Source: Nitrosopumilaceae archaeon (GTDB taxonomy: Archaea > Thermoproteota > Nitrososphaeria > Nitrososphaerales > Nitrosopumilaceae). Taken from it: a stretch of 64,000 bases of DNA. Below the pieces are notes generated by a model. That model searched no databases. It was not told the DNA's origin and saw only the letters and a list, made by a program, of their open reading frames with translations. Made by a program: the position numbers and the translations under genes. The stretch covers positions 448,673-512,672 of the forward strand of contig CBDATR010000024.1 of assembly GCA_965200155.1 (NCBI GenBank). The letters run 5' to 3'. Each line of letters begins with the position of its first letter. The stretch's first letter is position 1. Shown one piece after another: positions 42,430 through 52,881 of this stretch.

Positions 42430-42747
42430 TTATCTTATGTTTGTCTTTATACAAATTAGTTTGCGATGCGTATATCCGCAGTACAGGCATGTGAGCAGTA
42501 TGGATTTGGGGCGGCCCCGTCCCAGCCTTACACGGGAACGGGATCCGGGAGGGATGAATGACTTGCAGCGGTGACAGAATAATGAGCGCATTTCGTATGG
42601 CATGCGTAGGCGATATCTAGTATTCATCCTCCACGCAAGGGCAGCATATCGATTGGCTAGCGATATATCATTAGGCATTGTCTTTATGGCCATCTCCATC
42701 ATGAGATGCATCTTGGCTAGCGCCACCGGCCTCTGGGAGCGTTTCAT
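42430..42747 (-). CDS. rnp4: RNase P protein subunit Rpp21
   Basis: A.RY, R...FCHRC...PG, R.R, TCLYCG...R. Confidence 0.88.
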   Translation of the reverse strand: MKRSQRPVALAKMHLMMEMAIKTMPNDISLANRYAALAWRMNTRYRLRMPYEMRSLFCHRCKSFIPPGSRSRVRLGRGRPKSILLTCLYCGYTHRKLICIKTNIR

Positions 42748-42787
42748 GGTTGTATTAGTTCATGACAGGGCATTATATTACTGACAA

Positions 42788-42861
42788 TGCGGTCACCGGG
42801 ATTTGAACCCGGGTGATTGGCTTGGAAGGCCAACATATTAACCAAGCTATACTATGACCGC
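42788..42861 (-). tRNA. tRNA-Gly(TCC)
   Basis: gcggtca acceptor stem, anticodon loop ct-tcc-aa, GGTTCAAATCC T-arm. Confidence 0.93.
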
Positions 42862-42880
42862 ACCAGATTGTGAGATGTAA

Positions 42881-43552
42881 TTAGCCATTAAAATGGTTTT
42901 CAGCCTCATATGTAACACGACTTACCACCACATGGGATTCCAGAGCACCACTCCATATGGAGTATGAATTATGCAGAAGGGACTTTGTAGAATCACCAAA
43001 CTCGCCCTTTTGAAAGCCGCCTATCACCATGCAGGGATTCTCTCCCAGATTGGTGACTATTTCCTGGCATGATCGTGGAATCCCTGACTCGGACATTCTC
43101 GCAATGCCCGAGGGTTTTATGTCATTTACTAATTGGGTCATAGTACAGGATTTGGCCTCCAATAGTGTACTACCATCGGGCGCGGCAATACGCTTCTGTG
43201 TCAATAGTTTGGCAAAGAGGCCCTCAAAACGGTGATATGCCTTTGGAATGCGTATTGTTGGAGCCATGTATATCACCACATCCTGCCAGGTATGCACATA
43301 CACACGCATCATTCCCTGACGGTATAGTGGCGTCGATGTGGCTGCCAGAATGGAAAAATGCACTATATCCGGACGGCCCCGCTTGTGCTCACACTCCATA
43401 TGTGTCATTGCCGCATAGTGCCAGGAATTGTCCAGAAGGGTCTCTTCCGGATGGCGGCCAATCCTTTTGGCGTATGCCCGGACTGATGCATGGTTTTGGA
43501 TATGGCTTGGCACGCATTCTAGGGCAGACTCTGCCAAGATCAGGTGGAACAT
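42881..43552 (-). CDS. nep1: Nep1/Emg1 rRNA pseudouridine methyltransferase
   Basis: LILAESALE, RGRPDIVH, TPL, RIPK.Y.RF.GL, IGGF..G. Confidence 0.92.
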   Translation of the reverse strand: MFHLILAESALECVPSHIQNHASVRAYAKRIGRHPEETLLDNSWHYAAMTHMECEHKRGRPDIVHFSILAATSTPLYRQGMMRVYVHTWQDVVIYMAPTIRIPKAYHRFEGLFAKLLTQKRIAAPDGSTLLEAKSCTMTQLVNDIKPSGIARMSESGIPRSCQEIVTNLGENPCMVIGGFQKGEFGDSTKSLLHNSYSIWSGALESHVVVSRVTYEAENHFNG

Positions 43553-43567
43553 CTATGTCGGTAATAA

Positions 43568-46201
43568 CTAGCCCGATGTGCAACCGCTATAGCCGCATTC
43601 TATACACGTACTGCAGCCCTCGGCAAATACAAGGCGTGTATTACACGTGGGGCACAGCATCTCTTCGGGTATGTCATCAGGAACGGGGGTATGAATCACT
43701 GGCGTCTCCCGGGGGGGACCTAGCAGTGACTGTATGTGTGACTTTATGTAATTATTGGTAGTGTGATTATGCAGAATATCCAGTACCGAAGAGCTTGGGG
43801 AGGTCTCAAAGGACTTTTCTGCATTCTTGTCGGTCATGTGAAGTACCTGACTCTGTCTGGAGCCGTCCCGGTATACCGTTATTCCTTTGAGTCCCAGCTC
43901 GTGTGCCAATATATACGCGGTCTTCACATCATCGATCGTGGCGTCATAGGGCATGTTTATGGTCTTTGCTATGGCATTGCCTATCCATTTCTGCCACACT
44001 GACTGCGCCAGAAGATGATCCGACCAGTGTATATCCATTGCCGTAACGAATACGTCTTGCATCCATTGTGGTATTCCTGGTATGCCACGTAAGGATCCGT
44101 AATTGTTGGCTATCTTCTCTAGTATCTCGTCATTGTACAAATCTTCCTCCATCAGCGCCTCCTTGAGTAACTTGTTTGTGTACATGAACTTGCCAATGGT
44201 TACCTTCTTCTCATAGGCCAGAGCAAAGTTAGGCTCCATCCCGTTAGAGCAGTCAGCGATCATGGATAAGGTTCCTGTGGGAGCCACCGTAGTAACCATA
44301 ACATTGCGGAGTCCATGAGAGCGTATCTTGGATACAAGGGCGTCCCAGTCATAATTGGTGTCGCTATCCTCGTAGTATCCGGATATTGGTATGCGACCAT
44401 CGGGGTACTCCGTATCCTGGTATAGCGCAAAGGACCCACGCTCCTGAGCAAGTGCAACACTCTCATCCATGGAATAGTACGACAGGCACTCGGCTAGCCG
44501 GGACTGTAGCTGGTATCCCTCCTTGGAGTTGTAGGGTATGCGAAGTTTGTACAACAGGTCCGCGACCCCCATGACACCCAAGCCTATCCGGCGTGACTCT
44601 TTTGATGCCTTGTCTATATTGTCTACAGGATACAGGTTGACGTCGACAACATTATCCAAGAATCGTGTAGTCTTGCGTATGACGGCCTCATACTCGTCCC
44701 AGTCGAATTCATACTGGCCCTGCTCATTCTTGTGTGCCAGCTGGGAGAGATTTATGGAACCCAAGTTACAGGACTCGTTGGGATACAGGCTCTGCTCGCC
44801 GCAGGGGTTGGTAGCTCTCAGCGGACCATGGCGGGCCTTTGCCATTACGTTGTATTTGTTTATATGATCAAAGAATATCAGTCCAGGCTCTGCACTCTTC
44901 CAGGCAGATACGGCTACCTGGTCTATAATCTGTCGGGAGTTTATCTCCTTGACAGGGGCATGATCCCTAGGGCTCCGTAGCATGTACGTGCCATCCTCAC
45001 TCTCCGTGAGCGCCTGCCAGAAATCTTCCCACAATCCTACGCTGACATTAAAGTTCTCCAAGACGCCGGGCTTTGTCTTGTTGCTGACAAATTTTTCAAT
45101 ATCCGGGTGCCACACTTCCAGTATACCCATGTTGGCACCACGACGCTTGCCACCCTGCTTTACCACCTCGGTTACAGTGTTTATTATATTCATGAATGAT
45201 ACCGGACCAGAGGCCACCCCAGATGTGGAAGCGACTATGTCCCCTTCGTGACGCAAGTCCGAGTAGTTTATTCCCACGCCACCGCCGGACTTAAATATAA
45301 GCGCCGCATCAGTAGTGGACTTCATTATTTCATACATGTCGTCTTTCATATCCAGTACAAAACACGCAGAGAGCTGGCCCAGCCTGCCACCCGCATTCAT
45401 CATGGTAGGGGAGTTGGGCAGGTATAGCTGGGAGGTCATTAGTTTCTCATACTCCTGTATATAAGACGTGAACTCGTCAAACTTCTTGGACGCCAGATAC
45501 TCCAATACCTGTCTAAAGCTGACCATCATTTTTCCCTGATTGGCCAAGGTGACATAGTGTGCTATGAGGGATCTAAAGTGCCATTTGTTGAGGTAGTATC
45601 CTCCAATACTGAACTTGTTATCAAAGTTCTCCAGTTTCTGTAGATAGGACTCGGCTTTATCGACGTCCTGCTTTGTGTTACCGTCCTTGTTAAAGAGGGT
45701 GGGATCATATAGCAGATCACCTATACACACCTGCATAGCTACCCGCTCAAAGAGTTGCGAGGGACTCTCTATTATGCGATTCTTGGAGTCCCGGAAGAGG
45801 TATCTGGAGGCAAGAACTCGCAAGCAGTTGGTATCAAACTCCTTGGATACTGTATCCAGGGTCTTTGTATTTAGCACACGCATCTTTTCATCCCGGATGA
45901 GGCGACGATCCTGCCTGTACAGAATGTATGCCTTAGCAATATCACTCTGGCGGTTCTCAAGGAGGACCAGCTCCACCATATCCTGTATGTTCTCCACGCT
46001 GGGTATGGTTGTCTCAGAATAACCGGCATGTACTAGCTTATCTACAACACGGGTAGCCAAATCGCTGGCAAGAACTCTATCATATAGCGAACAGGCCCTC
46101 ATGGCTTTGTATATGGCAGCCACTATCTTTTCCTTGTCAAATTCCGTTATAGTTCCACTGCGCTTTATGACAGTGGAGACAAGGATTTTGTGTTCACTCA
46201 T
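43568..46201 (-). CDS. nrdJ: class II (adenosylcobalamin) ribonucleotide reductase with ATP cone
   Basis: ATP cone VIKRSG, PNSPTMMNAG, SACF, TNPCGEQ, SCNLGS, VAPTGT, C-terminal Cys motifs. Confidence 0.95.
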   Translation of the reverse strand: MSEHKILVSTVIKRSGTITEFDKEKIVAAIYKAMRACSLYDRVLASDLATRVVDKLVHAGYSETTIPSVENIQDMVELVLLENRQSDIAKAYILYRQDRRLIRDEKMRVLNTKTLDTVSKEFDTNCLRVLASRYLFRDSKNRIIESPSQLFERVAMQVCIGDLLYDPTLFNKDGNTKQDVDKAESYLQKLENFDNKFSIGGYYLNKWHFRSLIAHYVTLANQGKMMVSFRQVLEYLASKKFDEFTSYIQEYEKLMTSQLYLPNSPTMMNAGGRLGQLSACFVLDMKDDMYEIMKSTTDAALIFKSGGGVGINYSDLRHEGDIVASTSGVASGPVSFMNIINTVTEVVKQGGKRRGANMGILEVWHPDIEKFVSNKTKPGVLENFNVSVGLWEDFWQALTESEDGTYMLRSPRDHAPVKEINSRQIIDQVAVSAWKSAEPGLIFFDHINKYNVMAKARHGPLRATNPCGEQSLYPNESCNLGSINLSQLAHKNEQGQYEFDWDEYEAVIRKTTRFLDNVVDVNLYPVDNIDKASKESRRIGLGVMGVADLLYKLRIPYNSKEGYQLQSRLAECLSYYSMDESVALAQERGSFALYQDTEYPDGRIPISGYYEDSDTNYDWDALVSKIRSHGLRNVMVTTVAPTGTLSMIADCSNGMEPNFALAYEKKVTIGKFMYTNKLLKEALMEEDLYNDEILEKIANNYGSLRGIPGIPQWMQDVFVTAMDIHWSDHLLAQSVWQKWIGNAIAKTINMPYDATIDDVKTAYILAHELGLKGITVYRDGSRQSQVLHMTDKNAEKSFETSPSSSVLDILHNHTTNNYIKSHIQSLLGPPRETPVIHTPVPDDIPEEMLCPTCNTRLVFAEGCSTCIECGYSGCTSG

Positions 46202-46247
46202 TGACCTACCCGTAATGATGAATTAGACTATTAAAATCTATAATGTT

Positions 46248-46339
46248 GTATGGGTTTACCTGTGTCTAAATTTACGCATAACTGATCGCAACAGTTAATG
46301 TGATTTGTGCATAAGATTCCGGAAGACGTGAACTCATAC
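46248..46339. mobile_element. 92-bp MITE (diverged left TIR)
   Basis: Internal identity to the family; no TSD. Confidence 0.85.
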
Positions 46340-46747
46340 AAAAAAAAACGGTTCAAAAAATGCAGGCGGTGCGGAAAGCACATCCGTATCGGCCGGTATA
46401 GTACAAAAGGCCAAACTAGGTTACCTACAAAGTAGTTGGTACACCATTTCATCCCACCCTGATCAGGGAATAAGTGGTGGATTTTTGTGCGTGATCGTTC
46501 TGGAGGCCCATACATATGCACAGTCATTATATGCCGCTAAACTCATCATGAAGTATTCCATGTCCATAAAGTATGGTAGGGTACATTACTTACATCTGCT
46601 GATTCAGCCTGTCTGCCATCCCTGTTGTGATATTTTATGGAAAACCACCGCCAAGACTTATGGTGACTGCTATATGTCCCATACTCATCCCGGACATGTC
46701 CGTTATACGCGACAATAATAAATCGGCGTGAGCGATTCCTGATTGTA

Positions 46748-47923
46748 ATGCAAATAGGTCTGCTGGGAAAAGCCAACGTTGGCAAGTCCACCTTCTTTGC
46801 AGCGGCCACCGAGAGTGCAGTGCCTACCGGTAACTTTCCATTCACTACAATAGAGCCCAACACCGGTATCTCTTACGTGCGGACCATATGCGCCTGTAGG
46901 CATTTTGATGTGGCGCACAGTAATGACATGTGTAATGACGGAATACGTATGATTCCAGTAAAGTTGATTGATATCGCGGGCTTGGTACCCGGCGCCCACC
47001 AAGGACGTGGGTTGGGCAACCGATTCCTGGATGATGCCCGGCAGGCATCGGCGCTCATTCATGTAGTGGATGTAGCTGGCAGTACGGACATACAGGGTCA
47101 GCCGGTGAAACCTGGAACGCATGATCCAAGACTGGACGTAAAGTTCGTCGAGGAGGAGTTTGATTTATGGTTCCTGGACATTCTTGGGCGGGAGTGGGAG
47201 AAGCTATGCCGGGAGGTGGACCAAAAACGGACCAAGATGGCTGCCGGTATAGCATCCCGATTCACGGGACTTGGCATAACCGAGGCGGACGTGCAGGCAG
47301 TCCTGCAGCGTATGAATGCGGCTTTTCGGAACCCTAAGGAGTGGACTGATGATGAGATAAGGAAGTTTGCCCATGCACTACGCGCAGACACAAAACCTCT
47401 TCTGGTAGCCGCCAACAAGGCGGACCTCTGCCCGGATCCCGGTATTCTGGGAGAGAATTCCATACCCTGCAGCGCAGAGACCGAGTTGATACTGCGTAAA
47501 GCTGCCAGTGGGGGCTTGGTAGAGTATGCGCCCGGCGGGAAAACCTTTGATATTACAAACACTGCAATATCGCCGCCTCAGCGGAAGGCACTAAACGTGG
47601 TAGAATCGGTTCTCAGTAAGCTGGGGGGCACCGGAATACAGGACGTACTGGACGCTATGGTATTCAAGACACTGGGACTGATAACTGCGTATCCCGTGGA
47701 GGATGAGACGCGCCTTACCGACAAGGATGGCCACGTCCTGCCGGATGTATTTCTATTACCGCAGGGGTCCACGGCCAAGGATTTAGCTGCCGCGGTTCAT
47801 ACGGATTTGGCCAAGGGATTCCTGTACGGTATTAACTGCAAGACTCGCCAGCGCATAGGCGCCACCTATGCCATACAAGATGGCGATGTCATAAAGATAG
47901 TGTCCACTGCCGGGAGAAGCTAA
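46748..47923 (+). CDS. ychF: YchF/OLA1-like GTPase/ATPase
   Basis: GKANVGKST, FPFTTIEPN, DIAGL, GLGN.FL, NKAD, TGS domain. Confidence 0.93.
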   Translation: MQIGLLGKANVGKSTFFAAATESAVPTGNFPFTTIEPNTGISYVRTICACRHFDVAHSNDMCNDGIRMIPVKLIDIAGLVPGAHQGRGLGNRFLDDARQASALIHVVDVAGSTDIQGQPVKPGTHDPRLDVKFVEEEFDLWFLDILGREWEKLCREVDQKRTKMAAGIASRFTGLGITEADVQAVLQRMNAAFRNPKEWTDDEIRKFAHALRADTKPLLVAANKADLCPDPGILGENSIPCSAETELILRKAASGGLVEYAPGGKTFDITNTAISPPQRKALNVVESVLSKLGGTGIQDVLDAMVFKTLGLITAYPVEDETRLTDKDGHVLPDVFLLPQGSTAKDLAAAVHTDLAKGFLYGINCKTRQRIGATYAIQDGDVIKIVSTAGRS

Positions 47924-47924
47924 C

Positions 47925-48917
47925 ATGCTAGCTCTGGGCATAGAGAGCACGGCTCACACCTTCTCGTGCGCCATACTAGATGACACTAGCATACTGTCTG
48001 ATGTCCGTAGTATATACCGGCCCCCCGAAGGTCAGGGTATACACCCCAGGGAAGCCTCCCGGCATCATGTGGATAACGGTCCCAGAGTCCTTCGGGAGTC
48101 GCTGGATGAATCCGGGGTCAGTATAAACGATATAGGCATAATATCCTATGCTGCCGGTCCCGGTCTGGGACCCTGTCTGAGAGTGGGCGCCGTAATGGCC
48201 CGGGCTCTTGCATTATACCATTCCAAGCCCATATACCCAGTTAACCATGCCATCGGGCACATAGAGCTAGGCAAGATGCTCACCGGGGCCCGGGATCCCC
48301 TGGTATTATTGGTCTCCGGAGGCCATACCATGATACTGGCATTCCTGGAGAGGCACTGGCGCGTCTTTGGGGAGACCCTCGATATCACGCTGGGACAGCT
48401 ATTAGATCAGTTCGGCCGCTCCCTGGGACTGGCCTCACCCTGCGGCAGAGAGATTGAGTCCAGGGCCGGTCAGTCTGATAAGTATACCGACCTCCCTTAT
48501 ACGGTACGGGGTAACGACGTATCCTTCTCCGGATTGCTCTCCGCGGCCAAGACTGCCGCAGCTTCTGGCAGTATACCGGATACGTGCTACTCTCTTCAGG
48601 AGACTGCCTTTGCAATGATAGCAGAGGCCACCGAGAGGGCCCTCTCCCTTACGGGAAAGAGAGAGCTAATGGTTGTAGGCGGTGTGGCCGCCAACCGGCG
48701 ACTGGCCGAGATGCTCAGTCACGCCTGCCAGCGACACCAATGCCGGCCATTCACCGTTCCCATAAGATATGCCGGTGACTGTGGCTCGCAGATAGCCTGC
48801 ACCGGAATTCTTGAATCCACCGTCAAGGACTCTGCGGATATTGCGGACACCTTTGTACGACAGTCATGGCGCCTGGACTCGGTTCCAGTAGATTATATCT
48901 CGTCAATGGCATCCTGA
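47925..48917 (+). CDS. kae1: KEOPS t6A synthase Kae1
   Basis: LGIESTAHT, GIHPREA, GPG, HAIGHIE, SGGHT, GETLD, GGVAAN. Confidence 0.95.
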   Translation: MLALGIESTAHTFSCAILDDTSILSDVRSIYRPPEGQGIHPREASRHHVDNGPRVLRESLDESGVSINDIGIISYAAGPGLGPCLRVGAVMARALALYHSKPIYPVNHAIGHIELGKMLTGARDPLVLLVSGGHTMILAFLERHWRVFGETLDITLGQLLDQFGRSLGLASPCGREIESRAGQSDKYTDLPYTVRGNDVSFSGLLSAAKTAAASGSIPDTCYSLQETAFAMIAEATERALSLTGKRELMVVGGVAANRRLAEMLSHACQRHQCRPFTVPIRYAGDCGSQIACTGILESTVKDSADIADTFVRQSWRLDSVPVDYISSMAS

Positions 48918-49210
48918 ATGTCCTGTGCCCATCCACCGGGACTGAGAACGCCAAACTTGTAGGATTTCTCAGATTCATTCTCCCGTACGTATATGCATAC
49001 CTTCTTCATTATTAGTCCCTCCTTCCGTACCTCCTTGATCTGGGCCAGGGGTATATCCATCACGGTCTCGCCCATTTGCTTTGTGAAATCCATTATGCGG
49101 GAGCGAGTCTTGTCAAAAGCCACCCGCTTGCTGGTGAGAGTAAGAATTCCTGCGCCCAGCGAGTCTTCGTGGCAGTCTTCCTGCCGAAGTTTCTTCTCCT
49201 TCCCTTCCAT
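48893..49210 (-). CDS. PH-like hypothetical protein
   Basis: G.LTLTSKRVAF pattern; start MEGKEK inferred to avoid overlap with the next gene. Confidence 0.65.
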   Translation of the reverse strand: MEGKEKKLRQEDCHEDSLGAGILTLTSKRVAFDKTRSRIMDFTKQMGETVMDIPLAQIKEVRKEGLIMKKVCIYVRENESEKSYKFGVLSPGGWAQDIQDAIDEI

Positions 49211-49339
49211 AATGGTGTGATGGTGACATTGCATATTTATGATGTGGGTTTTCTGCGGTATGCCACGATGGGAGAATTGTTGGCACCATGATCCCCGGAC
49301 TCTGATATGCCCTAAATACACGCAACTCATACTAGTATT

Positions 49340-50665
49340 ATGGGCTCTGTCATAGTGGTGGGCGCGGGTATTAGCGGTCTTGCGTCTGCGGCCATGCTGG
49401 CCCGTGACGGCCATAAAGTGACCGTATACGAGAGGGCTTCCCATGTTGGCGGACGCACCGCCGCGACTCGCTACAAAAATCACGTCTTGGATAACGGCTT
49501 CCATATAATGCCCTTTTACAAGAAATCCGCCGTCTACAGCGTACTGCGCATGCTGGGAATACATAACAAGATTAGCCTGGTGCGGGTCTCTGATATCATG
49601 TTCTATTATGGCAACCGTTTCCACAAGTACCCGGGAGGCATCTCTGACATAATCGGGCTGTCCATGATTCCATTCCGCAGCCGACTGGCTCTGCTCCGGT
49701 TACTGCTGCCTATGGCATTCTCCAGTATGAAATCTGCAGAAAGAATGGATGAGCGGTCTTTATCCTCTGTGATTGTTACGCTGGAACCCCGGGCCCGGGC
49801 ATTCTTTGATGCGGTATGCATGCTGGCCTTTGCCGATACGCCAGACCGTATAGCGCTAGGCGAGTTTGTCCGAACCATGATTCGTGCAAACCCATTCCGG
49901 GGCGGCACCAGCCATTTCGCCTATCCTGCAGGCGGTGGATATGACTCCATATGCAAGGTCATGGCATCATACGTGACCTCGGCGGGCGGCAGGGTGCTGA
50001 CCTCCAGTCCCGTAAAATATGTGGAGGTAGATGACGGCCGTGTCACTGGCATAACTGACATGTCAGGAGACTATCATGCCGGTGATGCGGTGATAGTGTC
50101 GCTTCCGGCATATCATGCCGCGACTCTGTTCCGCAAGGGGATCATAGAGCCTGACACCCTAGGACTCATGGACAACCTCAACGAGACTACATCCGTAGTG
50201 GAGGTTCACTATGCTACGAACCGCCCCATTGACTCCCGGCATGTGGTCTTTCCTGTAGGCAGTTATGCCTCCAAGGGCATATTCTTTACGTCCAACATTA
50301 CTTCCTCCATATGCCCTCCAGGCGAACACCAGATAATATCCGGAACTCCCGTAAGCACCAAGGATGCATCAAACCGGTCTGCCGTCCTGGAGATAGCGGA
50401 AAGAATGCGCAACGACATAGAGTCACTGTACCCCGGTTTCTCGAGTAGCATACTGTGGGAGCGACCCATGGCCTGGAGACTGGTGGAGGCAGTGGTAAAG
50501 AGGCCGGGCATGGTATGGAAGTCAAAGATGCCTCATACCATTCCCTATATACGGGGTCTCTTCTTTGTGGGGGACTCGACCATAAGCTATGGGATCGGTA
50601 CCGACTCTGCGGCGCACAGCTCACTGTTGTGTACGCCACATATCCGGCGTCATCTGGCCAACTAG
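49340..50665 (+). CDS. NAD(P)/FAD-dependent oxidoreductase (phytoene desaturase-like)
   Basis: VVGAGISGL, E...VGGR, DNGFH, YP.GG, GLFFVGD. Confidence 0.88.
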   Translation: MGSVIVVGAGISGLASAAMLARDGHKVTVYERASHVGGRTAATRYKNHVLDNGFHIMPFYKKSAVYSVLRMLGIHNKISLVRVSDIMFYYGNRFHKYPGGISDIIGLSMIPFRSRLALLRLLLPMAFSSMKSAERMDERSLSSVIVTLEPRARAFFDAVCMLAFADTPDRIALGEFVRTMIRANPFRGGTSHFAYPAGGGYDSICKVMASYVTSAGGRVLTSSPVKYVEVDDGRVTGITDMSGDYHAGDAVIVSLPAYHAATLFRKGIIEPDTLGLMDNLNETTSVVEVHYATNRPIDSRHVVFPVGSYASKGIFFTSNITSSICPPGEHQIISGTPVSTKDASNRSAVLEIAERMRNDIESLYPGFSSSILWERPMAWRLVEAVVKRPGMVWKSKMPHTIPYIRGLFFVGDSTISYGIGTDSAAHSSLLCTPHIRRHLAN

Positions 50666-50756
50666 TAGATTTTGTTACAAATTGTTGTGTTGGGACAGGT
50701 AACCGGTATTGACTACTCCTGTTGAGTGTATGCGAGGTTCAAAGACCTTCAAATAT

Positions 50757-52576
50757 GTACGAGTTCACGTGTTTTGATCACATAATAAGATAGAATGCAT
50801 CCCAGTTTTTTAATTATAATTGCATTCTGGCAGCAACCTCGTTCATTACAGAAAGGCCCTGAGCCCGCCATGTCTGAACACATATGGACATGCGGCGCAT
50901 GACCCTTTCACCACCCTTTATCTGGCCACTAATTTGTATGAGTTCACGTCTTCCAGAATCTTATGTACAAATCACATTAACTGTCGCGATCAGTTATGCG
51001 TAAATTTAGACACAGGTGAACTCATACACTAATTTTGCGGAATACCACTGCATATCAGAACCGGTTCCACTGCTCCGCTGGATTGTTGGTGTGCTCCACA
51101 CTGTCATATTCTAGGAATACGAACATGCCCGGTATGGCCTTATTCAACCCTTTTACCTTCTTTTGCAGTTCAGTATCATCAACATCACAATACTGATGCA
51201 TCTGCTCCTGCCTCAAATGAGTGTCGTAATTGCGCGGACGGCCCGCAGCGATTCACGTGCGCTCCGGATCAAATCGTTGTCAAGTTTGATCCGGGCGTCC
51301 TGATCACCGGGATCGATATAGAATCCTGCATATAATATACTGGTATCGCGCAATAAATGCGCCCAGATGGTGCTTCCCACCGTCATCAAACCGGTAACAC
51401 ATAACGTACCTGTCTGTGACTATCGCGCCCTGGTGACCGTTCAGGTATTTGTCCACTACATATGAACTCCTACTTTTGTATATCCTCCACTCTTCGGCCC
51501 GCATCCCCCATATCCAGCCACGCTTACCCGCCAGTGATATACCAGTTTCGTCCACATGAATGCTGGGTGATTTTTTCATAAATTGTTTCCATAAATGATT
51601 CGCATGCATCGGCGGCCCTGGCAATTATGTTGTTTGCCGCACCCACCGATATATTCAGGCCGAAGAGATCCCTCGAAATTACAGGTATGCGTTTTATTGG
51701 AATCTTTTCCGCACGTAATGCAGTGATAGCACCACATCTCAAACCACCACTCTCTGGGACGCCCGCTGCTGGGGCTAGTTGTTTTTTGCCGCACATGCAG
51801 GAGGCCATCTCTATAACATGAAGGGTCTCCTCTATTCTGGCTGGTATTAATTCTGTTATGCGTCGTTGTTTCCAACCACTTTTTGTCATTATATTGCTGC
51901 ACTCACATTGTGGAGTATGCTTAAAGGTATGACGCATTATTCTGTCGGGGTTGTGGGAACGGGAAACCCCCTTGTGTCCCTTTTGCGCGCCAGCCTTTTT
52001 GGCTGATTTAGTACTGGCTTCTGTCTGTTGCTTATTATCTCCCTGTTTTCGCGTATGAGTTCACCTGTGTCTAAATTTACGCACAACTGATCGCGACAGT
52101 TAATGTGATTTGTGCACAAGATTCCGGAAGACGTGAACTCATACCCTATGCTTCCAATACGCTCACACGTTCCTTGCAATGTGCAAGATCTTTCTCGGTA
52201 GCCACAAGACGTAGGACAAGGCACATGTTGCCCATGGCCCCTGCCTTGCAATGTGCAAGTTCTTTCTTGGTAGACGCAAGATTCCGTGCGGCGATATGGA
52301 TCTGAAGCAACAACGACCTTGCAATGTGCAAGTTCTTTCTTGGTAGACGCAAGGAGAGGCTCGCATATAATGAATCGCGTGCCCGTGACCTTGCAATGTG
52401 CAAGTTCTTTCTTGGTAGACGCAAGGGTATCCTGAAGAATCTGAATTTCCCGTTCCAATTCCTTATAGGACCGGCGTCTTCTCATTAGATTCTTATTGCA
52501 AATTTGGTATTTAAGCAAAATATTGTCATACCAATCTATACATCTTAGTGAATGATCAAAACACGTGAACTCATAC
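50757..52576 (-). mobile_element. IS66 element, degenerate, with MITEs at 50936-51027 (TSD actaattt) and 52053-52144
   Basis: Both TIRs; frameshifted transposase; deletion next to the 52053 MITE. Confidence 0.9.
52173..52425 (-). CRISPR. CRISPR-like array inside IS66 transposase: four 36-bp repeats, three unique spacers (36, 37, 36 bp)
   Basis: Repeat CTTGCGTCTACCAAGAAAGAACTTGCACATTGCAAG at 52390-52425, 52318-52353, 52245-52280 (identical) and degenerate terminal copy 52173-52208. Confidence 0.8.
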
Positions 52577-52649
52577 AGGTCAATTGCTCGTATCTAACAA
52601 CTTGGTTTAGACGTGCAGGGTGGGAGAAGTGATTCTGCGCATACGGTCT
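52577..52649 (-). mobile_element. IS5/ISL2-like left-end remnant
   Basis: Matches 59762-59834. Confidence 0.75.
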
Positions 52650-52881
52650 ACTATACAAAGCACTTGTGACGTATGCATGGCAGCGCGGCATGCAATTAGA
52701 TTGGTAGGATAATTTTGGGATACCGCAGGCTCGGGACAACGCGTTCAATATTGCCGCCATCTTATTCTGCTGTACAGATGTGGTATGCACACAAGCGTCA
52801 GGTGGGAGTATAATCTCCGGGGTGACCTAAACGGTTACCGCGACGCTTTGTCTAAAATATTAATAGTCCATACGAGATCAT

